64,000 nucleotides of DNA. Origin: a virus (taxonomy: Duplodnaviria > Caudoviricetes). The translations under genes were made by a program, and so were the position numbers. The notes beneath the pieces are model-generated. The model was given only the letters and a program-made list of their open reading frames with translations, ran no database searches and had not been told where the DNA came from. Within the stretch, counting starts at the first letter, position 1, and each line of letters opens with the position of its first letter. Positions 7,301 through 17,245 of the stretch are shown here, in pieces. Where the stretch lies: IMG/VR virus record IMGVR_UViG_3300037541_000451, positions 1-64,000 of that record. One strand, 5' to 3'.

Positions 7301-8661
7301 TAATTTTGAGTTACTTGTAAGATACCTGTACTCACAATATTTGATTTTTTACCTAATGTAGTATAAGATCTTACACCAAAAGCTACATTAATATAATTAA
7401 AAGGTGGTACTGAGAAGTAAGTATTATTTGTTCTACCAATCTCTTGATATTCGCCAATTTGGTTATTCACTACAGGTGCGATATATACAATATATCCAGT
7501 AACTTCACTAAATACACCACTCCAAGATAATTTACCAATTGTACCTTCTAATGTAGTGTCAGCGCTATTCAAAGTGACATTTGTAGGCGAATCAATTTCA
7601 AAATTATAAAGATTTTCAGGTAAAATTAGCTGGTCATCTTTAACATTCCAAGCTAACTGTGTCCAATCAAATCTCGTAGCATTTACAGTACAAATAGCGC
7701 TAGCTTCATATTTTATTTCATTAACCCTTAAGTATAAATCCTGAAGACTTAATCGTTCACTATTTATTTTTATATAGTCACCTGGTTCTAAGAAATTTTG
7801 CTTAACAATGTACTTAAAGTCTACTGTAAATGCTGTTCTACTGGTTCTAACAAGCTCTTCAGCCTTTGCTAAAGCATGGTAATAATCACATATACCTTCT
7901 GCATAAATATCTTCGGTAAGTTCTACACCACTGTCTTCAGCTAATAAAGCTTGATAAACAGCGTTTGAATTATTTATAATTAGAATATCAGTATAAGCTG
8001 GAGATCTGGTAGACCATACTTCTAAACTACTAGAATATAATCTAGCAGCTACGCCTTCAAGTGAGCCAGTATCATTTCCAGAAATACTTATTGTATATAC
8101 AGAATTAGAATCTAGATATATACTACTATTAACCTGACCTACATTAGGATATCCAACAGAACCTGAATATACAGTCCCAGCTGGCCCAGAAATAGAAATA
8201 GTTATACTATCATCACCAGTAAATGTTAAACTGTAATCACCCGATGCTTCTGGTGAAAATTTCCATGTAAAAGATCGAGTACCATCTGCGCCATCTCCGG
8301 CTTCACCTGACCAAATTGCAAGGGAATTTAATAATCTATTCGCTGAAGTATTGACAGCTTCATCCCAACCTGACTGTTGATTGTAATATGTTCCACCAAT
8401 GCCTTTTTTGATAACTCCATTAGCTTTTGGAGGCCATTCTGCAGAGTCTTCTACGAAATTTTCAGCTTCATTGCTAAATCTAATTACACAATGGTTTAGT
8501 CTTGAACTGCTATCAGGCCATGAAACATTAAATTGCTCTCCTGCAAATAAATCATCATCCGTAAAAGAAGCAGCTAAATTTAAGTTATTATTACTATAAG
8601 TAGTCGATCCTGTATTTAACCCAGTTAATAAAGCTAGGGCATTATTAATTAAATTAATCAT
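4393..8661 (-). CDS. central tail fibre / tip protein, lambda J-like (C-terminal part)
   Basis: FN3-like repeats, DUF1983-like segment (FGVNADKFFIANP...PFIVADGIVYIDTARIQDGSI), beta-rich C-terminus. Confidence 0.8.
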   Translation of the reverse strand: MINLINNALALLTGLNTGSTTYSNNNLNLAASFTDDDLFAGEQFNVSWPDSSSRLNHCVIRFSNEAENFVEDSAEWPPKANGVIKKGIGGTYYNQQSGWDEAVNTSANRLLNSLAIWSGEAGDGADGTRSFTWKFSPEASGDYSLTFTGDDSITISISGPAGTVYSGSVGYPNVGQVNSSIYLDSNSVYTISISGNDTGSLEGVAARLYSSSLEVWSTRSPAYTDILIINNSNAVYQALLAEDSGVELTEDIYAEGICDYYHALAKAEELVRTSRTAFTVDFKYIVKQNFLEPGDYIKINSERLSLQDLYLRVNEIKYEASAICTVNATRFDWTQLAWNVKDDQLILPENLYNFEIDSPTNVTLNSADTTLEGTIGKLSWSGVFSEVTGYIVYIAPVVNNQIGEYQEIGRTNNTYFSVPPFNYINVAFGVRSYTTLGKKSNIVSTGILQVTQNYKRDLTISSNHLVFIQEAYTTNFTTPSIVLTAVARGFSNPTYQWYLNDQLISGSALKTLQIEPYLGAPRYYKARVSEFKPGVETATEVLEYTVLIQSRKESIRATINTNPSLPPSPPTNFNITALYNSIRMTWTIPTYTEGGGHGYTDVYYAPMTNSFENWTAIQTGLTQAVNNQTPGSTIFKEVFNGRMLGDIDNSNSVTSTDVTIITNFLAGTATEAQQTYINQVLRPQLQTDITGKYSAYFNYNTQPALTTLLSSLIKISSVEGNTNSYIFSGDPNTNYLFALKEVNKEGVESTPFSNRLGALTSPNSTKLLETLSSKIDSTQLSTTLNSRVNLIDAPTTGLVTKVSTLENTTTSLSSSVTTLSARTNSVGQYGEGFSAYRTFNFDSTTESFSISNATLSWRGSVNSLEISNTSGLAIILSKTFTISERFDGQYAPVMRMRIKKASGTSNIGWLGELRYTTNSHSASTAYRKIIPLPTGVVTNSSGVTDWFIAEWDMSQLNNGGTDWINSDIYGISLYLYQSAGNTWYIDWIAFGTKSVNIYQALYNQEVITRTEADNSLALEVVTIQSSLNDMNVSVQQKMTTRAENGNLIGAYSLVIDNNGILSGFGLESEVNTQTGASQSIFGVNADKFFIANPTATNTRVKPFIVADGIVYIDTARIQDGSIANAKIGNLSADKITSGFISVDRITANSITAAKINSNGLSIYSADGQTLLFNAGSATPISYSQVGGTKPPTDAISASARTVLSGGGGFAAGSLDWNSSGIRTSGSGIGFTQNGIAAYNANGNVTFSLNATTGAAYFAGTLDAASGTFGGSLSAATGTFSGSLTADAINAVNTINIANQAVTIPSSSYTTSASTFTQGTVWHDVQTLTYTSSGAPTLVTYSFTYNGTGTGSNSLMNVRIIRGTTEIYFAAVSLGENLPLSASVLDINTTTGSRTYKVQLSVQTSFGSMTVTNRSLTTLEVKR

Positions 8662-9729
8662 TCAATTTGCTCCAGGGTATTGTAAGCTTAATTTATATTT
8701 ACCATTAGACCAAATAAGTCTAGCATCACCCATTGTAGAAAGTATTGATTCGATATTTTCTCTTATAGGTTTAGACGTATCTAAAATAATATTGCATTCA
8801 TATAATGGAATATTTCTTCGAGAAACATTTCTTATTTCGTTAGTTGGTCTCCAAATTTTACCTCCAACTAAAACATTTTGTTGTACAATTCTATCACACA
8901 CTAAAGATGCATTATAAAAAGATTCTAAATCGATCTCAGATATATCTAAAGCTTTTGTACTAGTGTTTAAAACAAAACTCGACGTATCTTCCAAAAGATA
9001 ATCTAATAGACATAGCGCCGGATTATTTGAGTAAGTCCTACTGGAATTTATAGCATAAGAATAATTATTAACAGATCCCGACCGTGTTATAGATCTAACT
9101 TTACGACCTTCTATAAAAAAACTAACGTTAGGTATTTCAGCTGGATTATCTCGATCTATCTTTGTAAAAATATTCGAATAAGCCACCCCTGTAAAGAGTG
9201 CCGAAGATCGCTCTGCAAAATTTTTAGTTACATTAGAATTAATTCCACCATTACCATGACATTCCGCATGAATATGTTTATAGTTGCTGTCATTGTAATG
9301 ATAATTACCGTCAATTACAAAATCATAAAATTTGTGTATTGGCCCTAAGCAAATTGCCTGCTGTATTAATAAATATTCATTTTTAGAACCTGTTTGAGTG
9401 CCATTTAAACCATTTCCTATAGTATCTACATCTTGAATCGTAGGTAGCATGTCATTTAAAGTACTGGCGGTTTGAGCCCATACACGGACACCTCCAACCT
9501 TTGCTCTACCATATATAATTGGCAATGATACCACCTCTGTTTCAGTAACTGTTTCAAAGCCTTTTCTAGCTTCTGCAGCTGCTCTTGCTTTAGCTCTTGC
9601 TTTTTTAGCTTGTGTAATTTGGTAAATAGTTGATGCTGCGGTTATTACTGCTGACAGCCCTGCCCAAAAGGCTGAGGCAGCGGCACCACCAGCTATAATT
9701 GCAGTTCCAATAGCCGTAAAAATCGCCAT
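8662..9729 (-). CDS. tail tip/hub protein (N-terminal part of a J-like protein)
   Basis: LPIIYGRAKVGG, FTGVAY, NNPALCLLDYL motifs; likely start is ATG 9729 (TAATG overlap) rather than 9744. Confidence 0.8.
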   Translation of the reverse strand: MAIFTAIGTAIIAGGAAASAFWAGLSAVITAASTIYQITQAKKARAKARAAAEARKGFETVTETEVVSLPIIYGRAKVGGVRVWAQTASTLNDMLPTIQDVDTIGNGLNGTQTGSKNEYLLIQQAICLGPIHKFYDFVIDGNYHYNDSNYKHIHAECHGNGGINSNVTKNFAERSSALFTGVAYSNIFTKIDRDNPAEIPNVSFFIEGRKVRSITRSGSVNNYSYAINSSRTYSNNPALCLLDYLLEDTSSFVLNTSTKALDISEIDLESFYNASLVCDRIVQQNVLVGGKIWRPTNEIRNVSRRNIPLYECNIILDTSKPIRENIESILSTMGDARLIWSNGKYKLSLQYPGAN

Positions 9730-10313
9730 TAGATTCTCCCCCATTTAAGTCTTATTTTTCCAGTACCTTGATAGACATGATCAAAAGCAGAATCCGATGG
9801 ATTTATATTATTTCTCATGAAACTTCTACTATTATAAAAAGCCTTAGTAGCTTCTAAGTTAGCAATAGGACTCGCACAATTTATTGTATACATTACTTCT
9901 CCTAATTCTTGAGTTTCAATTTGATATCTTGTAAAATCTATTTGGCCTCTGTACATTAATAGTACATCATTTATATTAGTGATAGGAAGATTCGTATCAG
10001 GGTTTATGAACACTAATAAAACTTCAATGGGACAGCCTACTAAACCTTGCTCAGATAAGAATCCAAATTCGAAATCTGGATCTGTTAATCCGATGCTATA
10101 CTGCTCGCGATCAACTTGTGTGGAAATCCTAGGTGGATCTAATATAGCTATTTTAGAATTCGCTGTAAATATTCTTCCATCACTTAAAGTAATATCTCTA
10201 AAGTAAGTTGAAAGTCTTTTAAATGTATTGCCCTTTTTAATTTGTAAACAATAGAAAGCTTCAATATTTGGTTTATTTAAAATATTTATTTGTGTTTGCG
10301 TTAATTTTATCAT
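9729..10313 (-). CDS. tail tip protein (minor tail / hub component)
   Basis: Lies between the distal tail and hub genes; ends in the KWG motif. Confidence 0.6.
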   Translation of the reverse strand: MIKLTQTQINILNKPNIEAFYCLQIKKGNTFKRLSTYFRDITLSDGRIFTANSKIAILDPPRISTQVDREQYSIGLTDPDFEFGFLSEQGLVGCPIEVLLVFINPDTNLPITNINDVLLMYRGQIDFTRYQIETQELGEVMYTINCASPIANLEATKAFYNSRSFMRNNINPSDSAFDHVYQGTGKIRLKWGRI

Positions 10314-10930
10314 AGACGTTCTAATAGTTTAATTCTGTCAATTGACATTAAAACACCATCAGTGTAATTCATACCAAGCGTACTTTCAGAATCAATTAAG
10401 CAAGGTATAATAACATCATTTCTAAAATTAAATGTTAAGCTAGACACACTTGTTCTAAGGCTTGGATAAATATTCATTGTATAAGTCGTATCTAAGTTCA
10501 TAGCATTGATTGTGTTTGTCACCATGTAAATTTTAGTAATATTACTACTGTTAAATTTAAAGAAACTTCCTTTTTGTATTAAACCTAAGAAATTTGTTAT
10601 ATTTATTTGAGTAGAACCAGCACTTCCTGATGCCAAAGGTAAACTTGTACTATTTAAAACATTTTTATTTTTCACAGAATAATTTTGAGGCATTAGTATA
10701 TTAACAGTTTCGGTAAGCCCTTTCAACATAAGCTCTACCATTAAATCTTCAGCGCCTTCAGATAACGGCTCTAAACCTGCTTCGATTTCCCATCGATGCG
10801 CTGTTGATTTGCTAGTAAATCTCTTTAGTGAAAGGGCATCCGAAACCGTCACAGGCTGATTTGAACGTACATTTAAAGGTACCGTAAATTTAGCTAGTAA
10901 ATTGCCTGATGAGTCTAGGATGCCATACAT
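10310..10930 (-). CDS. distal tail protein-like
   Basis: Immediately after the tape measure gene; size and RWEIEAGL pattern. Confidence 0.6.
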   Translation of the reverse strand: MYGILDSSGNLLAKFTVPLNVRSNQPVTVSDALSLKRFTSKSTAHRWEIEAGLEPLSEGAEDLMVELMLKGLTETVNILMPQNYSVKNKNVLNSTSLPLASGSAGSTQINITNFLGLIQKGSFFKFNSSNITKIYMVTNTINAMNLDTTYTMNIYPSLRTSVSSLTFNFRNDVIIPCLIDSESTLGMNYTDGVLMSIDRIKLLERL

Positions 10931-10932
10931 GA

Positions 10933-13900
10933 TTAAACTCTCAACCCTTTCTCTCTGTTGTAATAATTAACACCATCTGCAATAGATGGCAACATTTTAT
11001 AAATTTCTGCTTTAGTTTGCTTGCTTATATCACCAGTTATATTTATATTAATAATTTGATTTGAAGACTCTTTTAACATTGATGCAGGAGGTGTGGTTAA
11101 AGCAGGAGGTTGTGTGATAGTACTATTTACTAATCCACCTTCGGCTAGCTTTTTAATTTGACCTGAATTTATTGCATTTAATAATCCAAAATTTTGTCTG
11201 GTTGCATTTGCATTTACAACAAATTCTCCATTAGAAAGCATCGCTGGAATTGAATCAGATGTACCTGTTCCAGGACCTGATACAAAACCGCCAGATGCAA
11301 AATTAAGTCCAAACAAAGACGGTATAAATTTAATAGCTGATTTTGCTAAATCAAAAATCCCCTTGAATATGCTAGAAAATTCTTCTAATCTAAAATCTTT
11401 AAAGATAGATTTAATAATACCAAAAACACCAACGATGCCTTCTTTAAAAATATCTCCTATTGAAACGAATATTGAATTTAGAAATGTTTTTATATCTGTT
11501 CCTAAAAAATTAGAAATTACTTGAAGTGTCTCATCAAAAGTTCCAATTTCTTTTGACCAAATACTTGAAAATTCACTCCATTTAGCACCTATTTTAGAAA
11601 ACACACTTGCACCTAAATCAAATAATGATTCACCTAATTTTTCAATTCCGACTGAAGCCGTCAATTTACTAGTGAACCCTTTTATAAATGTATCAAGAAC
11701 ATTTTCTGTAGTCCTATCTAACATCCTTTTTAAGAATGTTTTCATTACTGACATATCATCTTCGGATTGACCTCTTAGCAATCCATTTAGAGCGTAAGAA
11801 AAATCTTGTGAGACTTTATTTCCAAAATCTTTACCCGCTTGTTTTAATTGATTTGGAATTTCCCTAGTAAGTATTTTAAGAAGTTCCTCCATTAGATTGC
11901 TTTTTCGAATTTGCTCTTCAATTCGTTTAGCTTCAGGCAAACTTTCGGGGTTAATACTAGAAATTTGATTTAATAATTCACGGGCTCTTTCTATTTCTGC
12001 ATCTTTTAATAAATTTAAAGAAGTTTTATCAAATGAAATTTGGGCTTTACTAAGTTCTGCGGCTAGCTTTGAAACTGCATTTGGATCAACACCTTGTCTA
12101 ATACTTTCAACAAATTCATTTAATCTTAAGTTAAATACTCTAAAAGCTTCTGCAATAATTTGTCTTTCTGGCCATTTGAGATTTGTATCTGACATTTTCT
12201 TCTGAAAATCTAGGGAAACTTCTGCAAAGGAAATTAATGTGCCCTGTATATTACTATCTAAAGTATCAAAGAAGTTTGCGCTTATATTTATATTAGCTTT
12301 TTCGAAAATATCTCTAAATTGTTCAAAAGGAACTTTATACTTATTTAAACGATCAATTAAAGATTTACCACCCCTTTCAGTAGCTAATTCCAAACTGTTT
12401 TTAATATTTGTCGAAAGTTTTTCGTAAGCTTCAGTAAGACCGGCTAGCACCCTCGGGTCAGACGCATTTTCAATGCTACCAGCTGTTTTATTGAGCAACT
12501 CTTTACGTTGTTTATTTATTTTTAAAGCAGAATCAAGTAAATCTTTTCTTAATTGGTCGTCTATCTTTTTAAATAAGTCTTCATTTATATCTAATTCAGG
12601 GAAAGCTTCTTTTATTATTGGTAAAATATCAGCAATTTTGAAAGGTGTCGATTCAGTTATGCTAGAAATTCCTGAGGGGCTTGTAAAAGTAACTCTAGAT
12701 TCTTTTAATGTTTTTGAAATTGCTGCAGCCGCATCTTGTTGTATGCTTTTTGCTAAAGCGGCTCCGAATGACTCTGGGCCTCTTTCCTTAGAAATTTTAG
12801 AAAGTTCCGCATCTGCCTCTTTAAACTTATCTATTAAATATGCAAGATTTTGTATACTTGTTGGCGTTAACTTCGATAATGCTTTAGCATCTATATTAGA
12901 AAATTTTGCTGATTCTAAGAAAGACACAATATCTTTAATTACATCCGCTTGATTTTTAGCCTTTGCTAATTCAGAAAAGGAGGTCGGGCTAGTACCTGTT
13001 TCAGTATTCGGAATTAGTTGTCCTTCTACATTTTTAACTGCGCCAGGTAGAATTTTTTGAATAGATTCAAAGAATTTTTTAAAATTCTTAATGATTTCAT
13101 TAAAGAAAGTCCCAACTTCCTCAGTATTTGCTACCGTAACTTCTTGTGCTTTTATAGTACCTTCGCTAAAGCTACCGATAGAATGTCCGCTATTAATTGC
13201 GGTTAAAATATTCCAGTTCTTTTGTGCATCTTTAGCATTTACAACAAATTCACCATTAGAAAGCATTGCAGGGATAGAGTCAGATGTACCTGTCCCAGGT
13301 CCTCTTATCCAACCACCAGTAGCTTTCCTTAAAGTAGCTGTTTTACTAAGATTATCAGCCCTTTTTGTAAGTTCATCTAAACTTTCTTTAACTTTATTAA
13401 GTACATTTTGCCAATGTGCGATAAGCCTAATAGAATCATCGAGCTCCTTTTGAGGAACTATGCGAGTTTTAGCTATAATTTCATATTGCAACTGCCAAAA
13501 TTTTATAATCTCTTCATTTCTTTCTTTAAGCACTTTCTGACTATGCTCAAAAAGTTTTTCTCGCTGTTCTTCTAAATTCTTTAATTCAGCAGCAGGTGCA
13601 GGTGTAACAACTGCTGAAGGTGTAGCAGATTGTGAACGAGGCGTAATATTTTCTTCAGGACTTAATATTTGAGTAGGCTCTACTTTTACTGAAGGACTCT
13701 TAAATAGTCTTTCAATCTTTTCCGTAAGTATTTTTAAACCAGTATAGATACCGCCAATAGCAGTAGGTTCGAAAGCCTCTTGTAAAGCTTTTAGTATATT
13801 AGTCTTAAAGTAAGTAAAAACAGCATCTTTAGTGCCTGTTCTTTTTTCAAATTCAGTCGATAAATTTTTTAAAGCAATATAAATACCTTCATTTAAAATA

Positions 13901-16869
13901 TCTGTCCAAGCTTTTTTGACTTGTTCGTCAAAAGTAATTGAAGTAACAACAGCTTGACCTTTTTTCGCAGCGTCGGCTGTAGTTTGACCGCCCATTTCGC
14001 TTGTCGTAGTAGGTCCACCGGGCCTGTTTGGACGATTGAATCCAAAAAAGTCCATTTGTCGTATTCTTTCCTTCCAGGATTCTGGTAAAAGTTTAAATAA
14101 CTCGAATCCAGAATACAACGCAGCAGCGAGTAATACACCACCAGCTGCTATTGGACCTAAAAAAGCTGCTACTATACCAGCGCCTCTTATTGCAAGTCCG
14201 AGAGCACTAGATAATAATTTACCTATACCAGATAATGCCGCAATAAATCCGAACCCAATTGCCGCGCCAATGCCTGAACCAACTGCTTGAGTAGCCATTG
14301 AACTAGCGATAACAACTCCGACACGTTGCCATGCAGGGGCATCTGTCATACCTCTTGCAATTTCAACGCCAACTTGGAAGCCAGCAAAACCACCTATTGT
14401 TCCACCGATACCTGCTGAGGTACTAACAACACCCTGTCTAAAAACGGTCCCTTGCTGTGCAAGTCTATTTCTAAGCTCTGTGATACGACCCGTAGATTCT
14501 GTTATATTCTGTTGTAAATTGGTTATTGCATTTCGTGTATTCTGCCTAGCTTGTACATCTAATTGACGTCCAGCATTTATTTGTTTTAACAAATTAGCTG
14601 TTTGCTGTGTGCCAAAAGCTTGAGTATCACGTGTTCTAACAGCTAAAACAGCTCTTTGATAACCCACTAAATTACCATTTAAATCGCGCATTTGCGCTAG
14701 TGTTTGTATTCTATTTATTCTCTCTTGGTTTCTCAAATTTTGATCAGCACGAGCTCTAACATTAGTTTCTGCAATAGATCTATTTAAATTATTAACGCTT
14801 CTTTCAAGAATTCTAGCTTGTATTCCACTCACAGTAGTCTCAGCTATTGTTGTAGGAGCTGTTAAGGCGCCAGTCGCGACTCGGCCTAAGTATTCTCTAC
14901 CCGCTTTAAACAATAGTGCAGTTTTTGCTAGTAAAGTGATAAGCCCAAAAGGATCATTTAAAACATTACCGGAAAATATTGCCGAAATACCTTTTTCAAG
15001 AACACTTAATACTTTGAATATACCGGACAAGAATGACTCTGTAATTAGTTTTGGATCAATCGATCTAGCCGCATAAATTGCTGCTGCACTAGTTGCCAAA
15101 CTAAAAACAATAGTTTTTACTGTAGGGTTATTAAATGCACTGGTAAGTGCAAATGTAAATAAGCCGGCGATAAGAGTAAATACAGGCACTCTTAAATTTT
15201 CTGGGAGAATATCAAGCACAGAATCCATAGTGCCATACTTAGGTACTTCTATTTTAGGTACTTGGGTTGCTTGAGTTTTCTGAACTCCAAATATAACTCG
15301 GATATTGTCTAATATTTTATTAAAATCTAAAAACTTTTTAGTATTTTCTGAAATCTTTTTCAGAATATCATTCGAATGTTTCGAAACAGTCTCACTAGCC
15401 TCAGATATTTTAGCATCTATATTTAATTTAGTAATGCCTTTTGAATCTGTAAAAGATAGAAGACCCAACACACCAGCTAACGTTCCAGCGATACCTAAAA
15501 CACTTAATAAAACGCCTTTATATTTTAACAAACCTGCTAATGCAATCGTAAACGGTAGTGTAGACTTTAAATTAGCAAATTGTAAATTAGCTTTAGTTAC
15601 AAATTCTTTTATGATATCTAACGGCTTTTTCGTAAGTTGACTTAACCACGCGGTAGTTTGCTTTACTAAGTCTGGTATCCAAGAGTTTCCAATAACTTTA
15701 TCATAAAGCCAATAAAACCATCTTTCAACTTTAATTACCCAAGACTTTACCGTGTTTAAAGCAGATTCTAGACTTGGAAAAATATTATTTACATCAATTT
15801 TAGGAAGTTTTATATATAATTTTTCAAAAATATTAATTAAATTATTCTTTACATTCGTAAAAATTGTATTGATAAAAACTATTGCAGCGCCTAATAAAGG
15901 CAACAAGTTTGAAAATAATTTTTCGAATGAATTTCCAACAATATCTTTCAGTTTCAAAAATTCATCTTGTAAATTATATAGCCCAATTAAAGTAGCCAAT
16001 GCAAAAGACTTAAATTCTAACTTTAATTTTAAAAACAGAAAATCAATATTAGAACTTAATTCAAATATATTTACTGCAATATTATTTATAAATTTAGAAA
16101 ATGAATTGCTTGAGCCTAATAAAGAAACTTTTATTTCATCAAACAGTATTGAAAAAGAAGTTTTGAGATTACCAATCGCAGAAGCAAATGTAATGTTAAC
16201 TTTTCCAAATTGCTTTTCAATGTCTGCTTGTCTTTTAATAACAGCTTGAAAAACCTTAGATGCGGAAAGCTGGCCTTGCTCCCCTAATTCTCTAAGTTTT
16301 CCAATACTAACATTTAACCCTTTTGCAATCTCATTTGCAAGCGGAGGTGCATTTTCTAATATAGATCTCAGTTCATCCCCAGCAAGTCTACCGGATGCAA
16401 GTGCTTGGCCTAGCTGCATTATTGCAGCGTTAGTTTCCTGAAGACTTCCACCAGAAGTCGCTACAGATTGTGAAACTAATCTCGTAAACTTAACTACATC
16501 TGCTTGACCTATACCTAACTCTTTGCTTGATCTTGCAACTTTAGAATATAAGCTTGCTATACTACTAAGATCAGATCTAGTTGATATTGCAATTGATTTT
16601 ACATCTTTTAGTGATTTATTAAATTCTTCTTGTGAATCAGTTACGAGTTGAATCTTAGTTCTAATATTGGTCAGTTCGTCAGAAAGCCTAATTAAACCGC
16701 CACCTGCACTTAATGCTGCAAACGTACCAGCAATTACTTTTGCAAAATTTGAAAATTTGCTTGTAGTATTTTCTATACTAGACTGTATACTTTCTACAGA
16801 ATCTTTCAATTTCTTCAGATCAGCTTGCGCTTGCTTACTATCTGATCTGGTTTCAACTAACAACGCCAT
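10933..16869 (-). CDS. tail tape measure protein
   Basis: 1978 aa, helical; tape-measure N-terminal domain (QLGQALASGRLAGDELRSILENAP); two GPGTGTSDSIPAMLSNGEFVVNA motifs. Confidence 0.92.
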   Translation of the reverse strand: MALLVETRSDSKQAQADLKKLKDSVESIQSSIENTTSKFSNFAKVIAGTFAALSAGGGLIRLSDELTNIRTKIQLVTDSQEEFNKSLKDVKSIAISTRSDLSSIASLYSKVARSSKELGIGQADVVKFTRLVSQSVATSGGSLQETNAAIMQLGQALASGRLAGDELRSILENAPPLANEIAKGLNVSIGKLRELGEQGQLSASKVFQAVIKRQADIEKQFGKVNITFASAIGNLKTSFSILFDEIKVSLLGSSNSFSKFINNIAVNIFELSSNIDFLFLKLKLEFKSFALATLIGLYNLQDEFLKLKDIVGNSFEKLFSNLLPLLGAAIVFINTIFTNVKNNLINIFEKLYIKLPKIDVNNIFPSLESALNTVKSWVIKVERWFYWLYDKVIGNSWIPDLVKQTTAWLSQLTKKPLDIIKEFVTKANLQFANLKSTLPFTIALAGLLKYKGVLLSVLGIAGTLAGVLGLLSFTDSKGITKLNIDAKISEASETVSKHSNDILKKISENTKKFLDFNKILDNIRVIFGVQKTQATQVPKIEVPKYGTMDSVLDILPENLRVPVFTLIAGLFTFALTSAFNNPTVKTIVFSLATSAAAIYAARSIDPKLITESFLSGIFKVLSVLEKGISAIFSGNVLNDPFGLITLLAKTALLFKAGREYLGRVATGALTAPTTIAETTVSGIQARILERSVNNLNRSIAETNVRARADQNLRNQERINRIQTLAQMRDLNGNLVGYQRAVLAVRTRDTQAFGTQQTANLLKQINAGRQLDVQARQNTRNAITNLQQNITESTGRITELRNRLAQQGTVFRQGVVSTSAGIGGTIGGFAGFQVGVEIARGMTDAPAWQRVGVVIASSMATQAVGSGIGAAIGFGFIAALSGIGKLLSSALGLAIRGAGIVAAFLGPIAAGGVLLAAALYSGFELFKLLPESWKERIRQMDFFGFNRPNRPGGPTTTSEMGGQTTADAAKKGQAVVTSITFDEQVKKAWTDILNEGIYIALKNLSTEFEKRTGTKDAVFTYFKTNILKALQEAFEPTAIGGIYTGLKILTEKIERLFKSPSVKVEPTQILSPEENITPRSQSATPSAVVTPAPAAELKNLEEQREKLFEHSQKVLKERNEEIIKFWQLQYEIIAKTRIVPQKELDDSIRLIAHWQNVLNKVKESLDELTKRADNLSKTATLRKATGGWIRGPGTGTSDSIPAMLSNGEFVVNAKDAQKNWNILTAINSGHSIGSFSEGTIKAQEVTVANTEEVGTFFNEIIKNFKKFFESIQKILPGAVKNVEGQLIPNTETGTSPTSFSELAKAKNQADVIKDIVSFLESAKFSNIDAKALSKLTPTSIQNLAYLIDKFKEADAELSKISKERGPESFGAALAKSIQQDAAAAISKTLKESRVTFTSPSGISSITESTPFKIADILPIIKEAFPELDINEDLFKKIDDQLRKDLLDSALKINKQRKELLNKTAGSIENASDPRVLAGLTEAYEKLSTNIKNSLELATERGGKSLIDRLNKYKVPFEQFRDIFEKANINISANFFDTLDSNIQGTLISFAEVSLDFQKKMSDTNLKWPERQIIAEAFRVFNLRLNEFVESIRQGVDPNAVSKLAAELSKAQISFDKTSLNLLKDAEIERARELLNQISSINPESLPEAKRIEEQIRKSNLMEELLKILTREIPNQLKQAGKDFGNKVSQDFSYALNGLLRGQSEDDMSVMKTFLKRMLDRTTENVLDTFIKGFTSKLTASVGIEKLGESLFDLGASVFSKIGAKWSEFSSIWSKEIGTFDETLQVISNFLGTDIKTFLNSIFVSIGDIFKEGIVGVFGIIKSIFKDFRLEEFSSIFKGIFDLAKSAIKFIPSLFGLNFASGGFVSGPGTGTSDSIPAMLSNGEFVVNANATRQNFGLLNAINSGQIKKLAEGGLVNSTITQPPALTTPPASMLKESSNQIININITGDISKQTKAEIYKMLPSIADGVNYYNREKGLRV

Positions 16870-16882
16870 TGTTTACCTCAAT

Positions 16883-16914
16883 AAAAAACCCAGAGTCCTT
16901 ATTAGGACTCTGGG
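16883..16914 (-). terminator. intrinsic terminator upstream of the tape measure gene
   Basis: 11-bp stem CCCAGAGTCCT/AGGACTCTGGG then T6. Confidence 0.75.
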
Positions 16915-16921
16915 TATAACC

Positions 16922-17245
16922 TTACGGTTTCTCCTGAACAATTGTTCCGAGTGGTTTTCCATATTTTAATGCTGTAGTTTCGATGAATCTTGCAGGAGCT
17001 TGCGTAGAAGTTCCTTCATTTAAATAATTTATATAAGGAGCATCATTAACTATTTCAGATTTATCTTTAAAATGCTGAATACTCCAACTAGATCTTGCAA
17101 ATCCAGTATCAATAGGGGTAACTTCAATTAAATCTGATTTTAATTTTTCGGATTCTTGTGCTCGGTTTTTTTCAATTAAATTTAAAGAATCTCTATTTAA
17201 TTTATCAAACACTGAATTTGTATTTTTAATAGAAATTTTTAACAT
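16922..17245 (-). CDS. HK97 gp10-like tail component
   Basis: TPIDTGFARSSW and YINYLNEGTS..APARF motifs. Confidence 0.8.
   Translation of the reverse strand: MLKISIKNTNSVFDKLNRDSLNLIEKNRAQESEKLKSDLIEVTPIDTGFARSSWSIQHFKDKSEIVNDAPYINYLNEGTSTQAPARFIETTALKYGKPLGTIVQEKP

Noticed and set aside
8662-8664. Genome-wide TGA recoding
   Set aside because: TGA is a normal stop in many ATGA overlaps (10310, 4393, 41939, 54034) and long ORFs are intact under the standard code.
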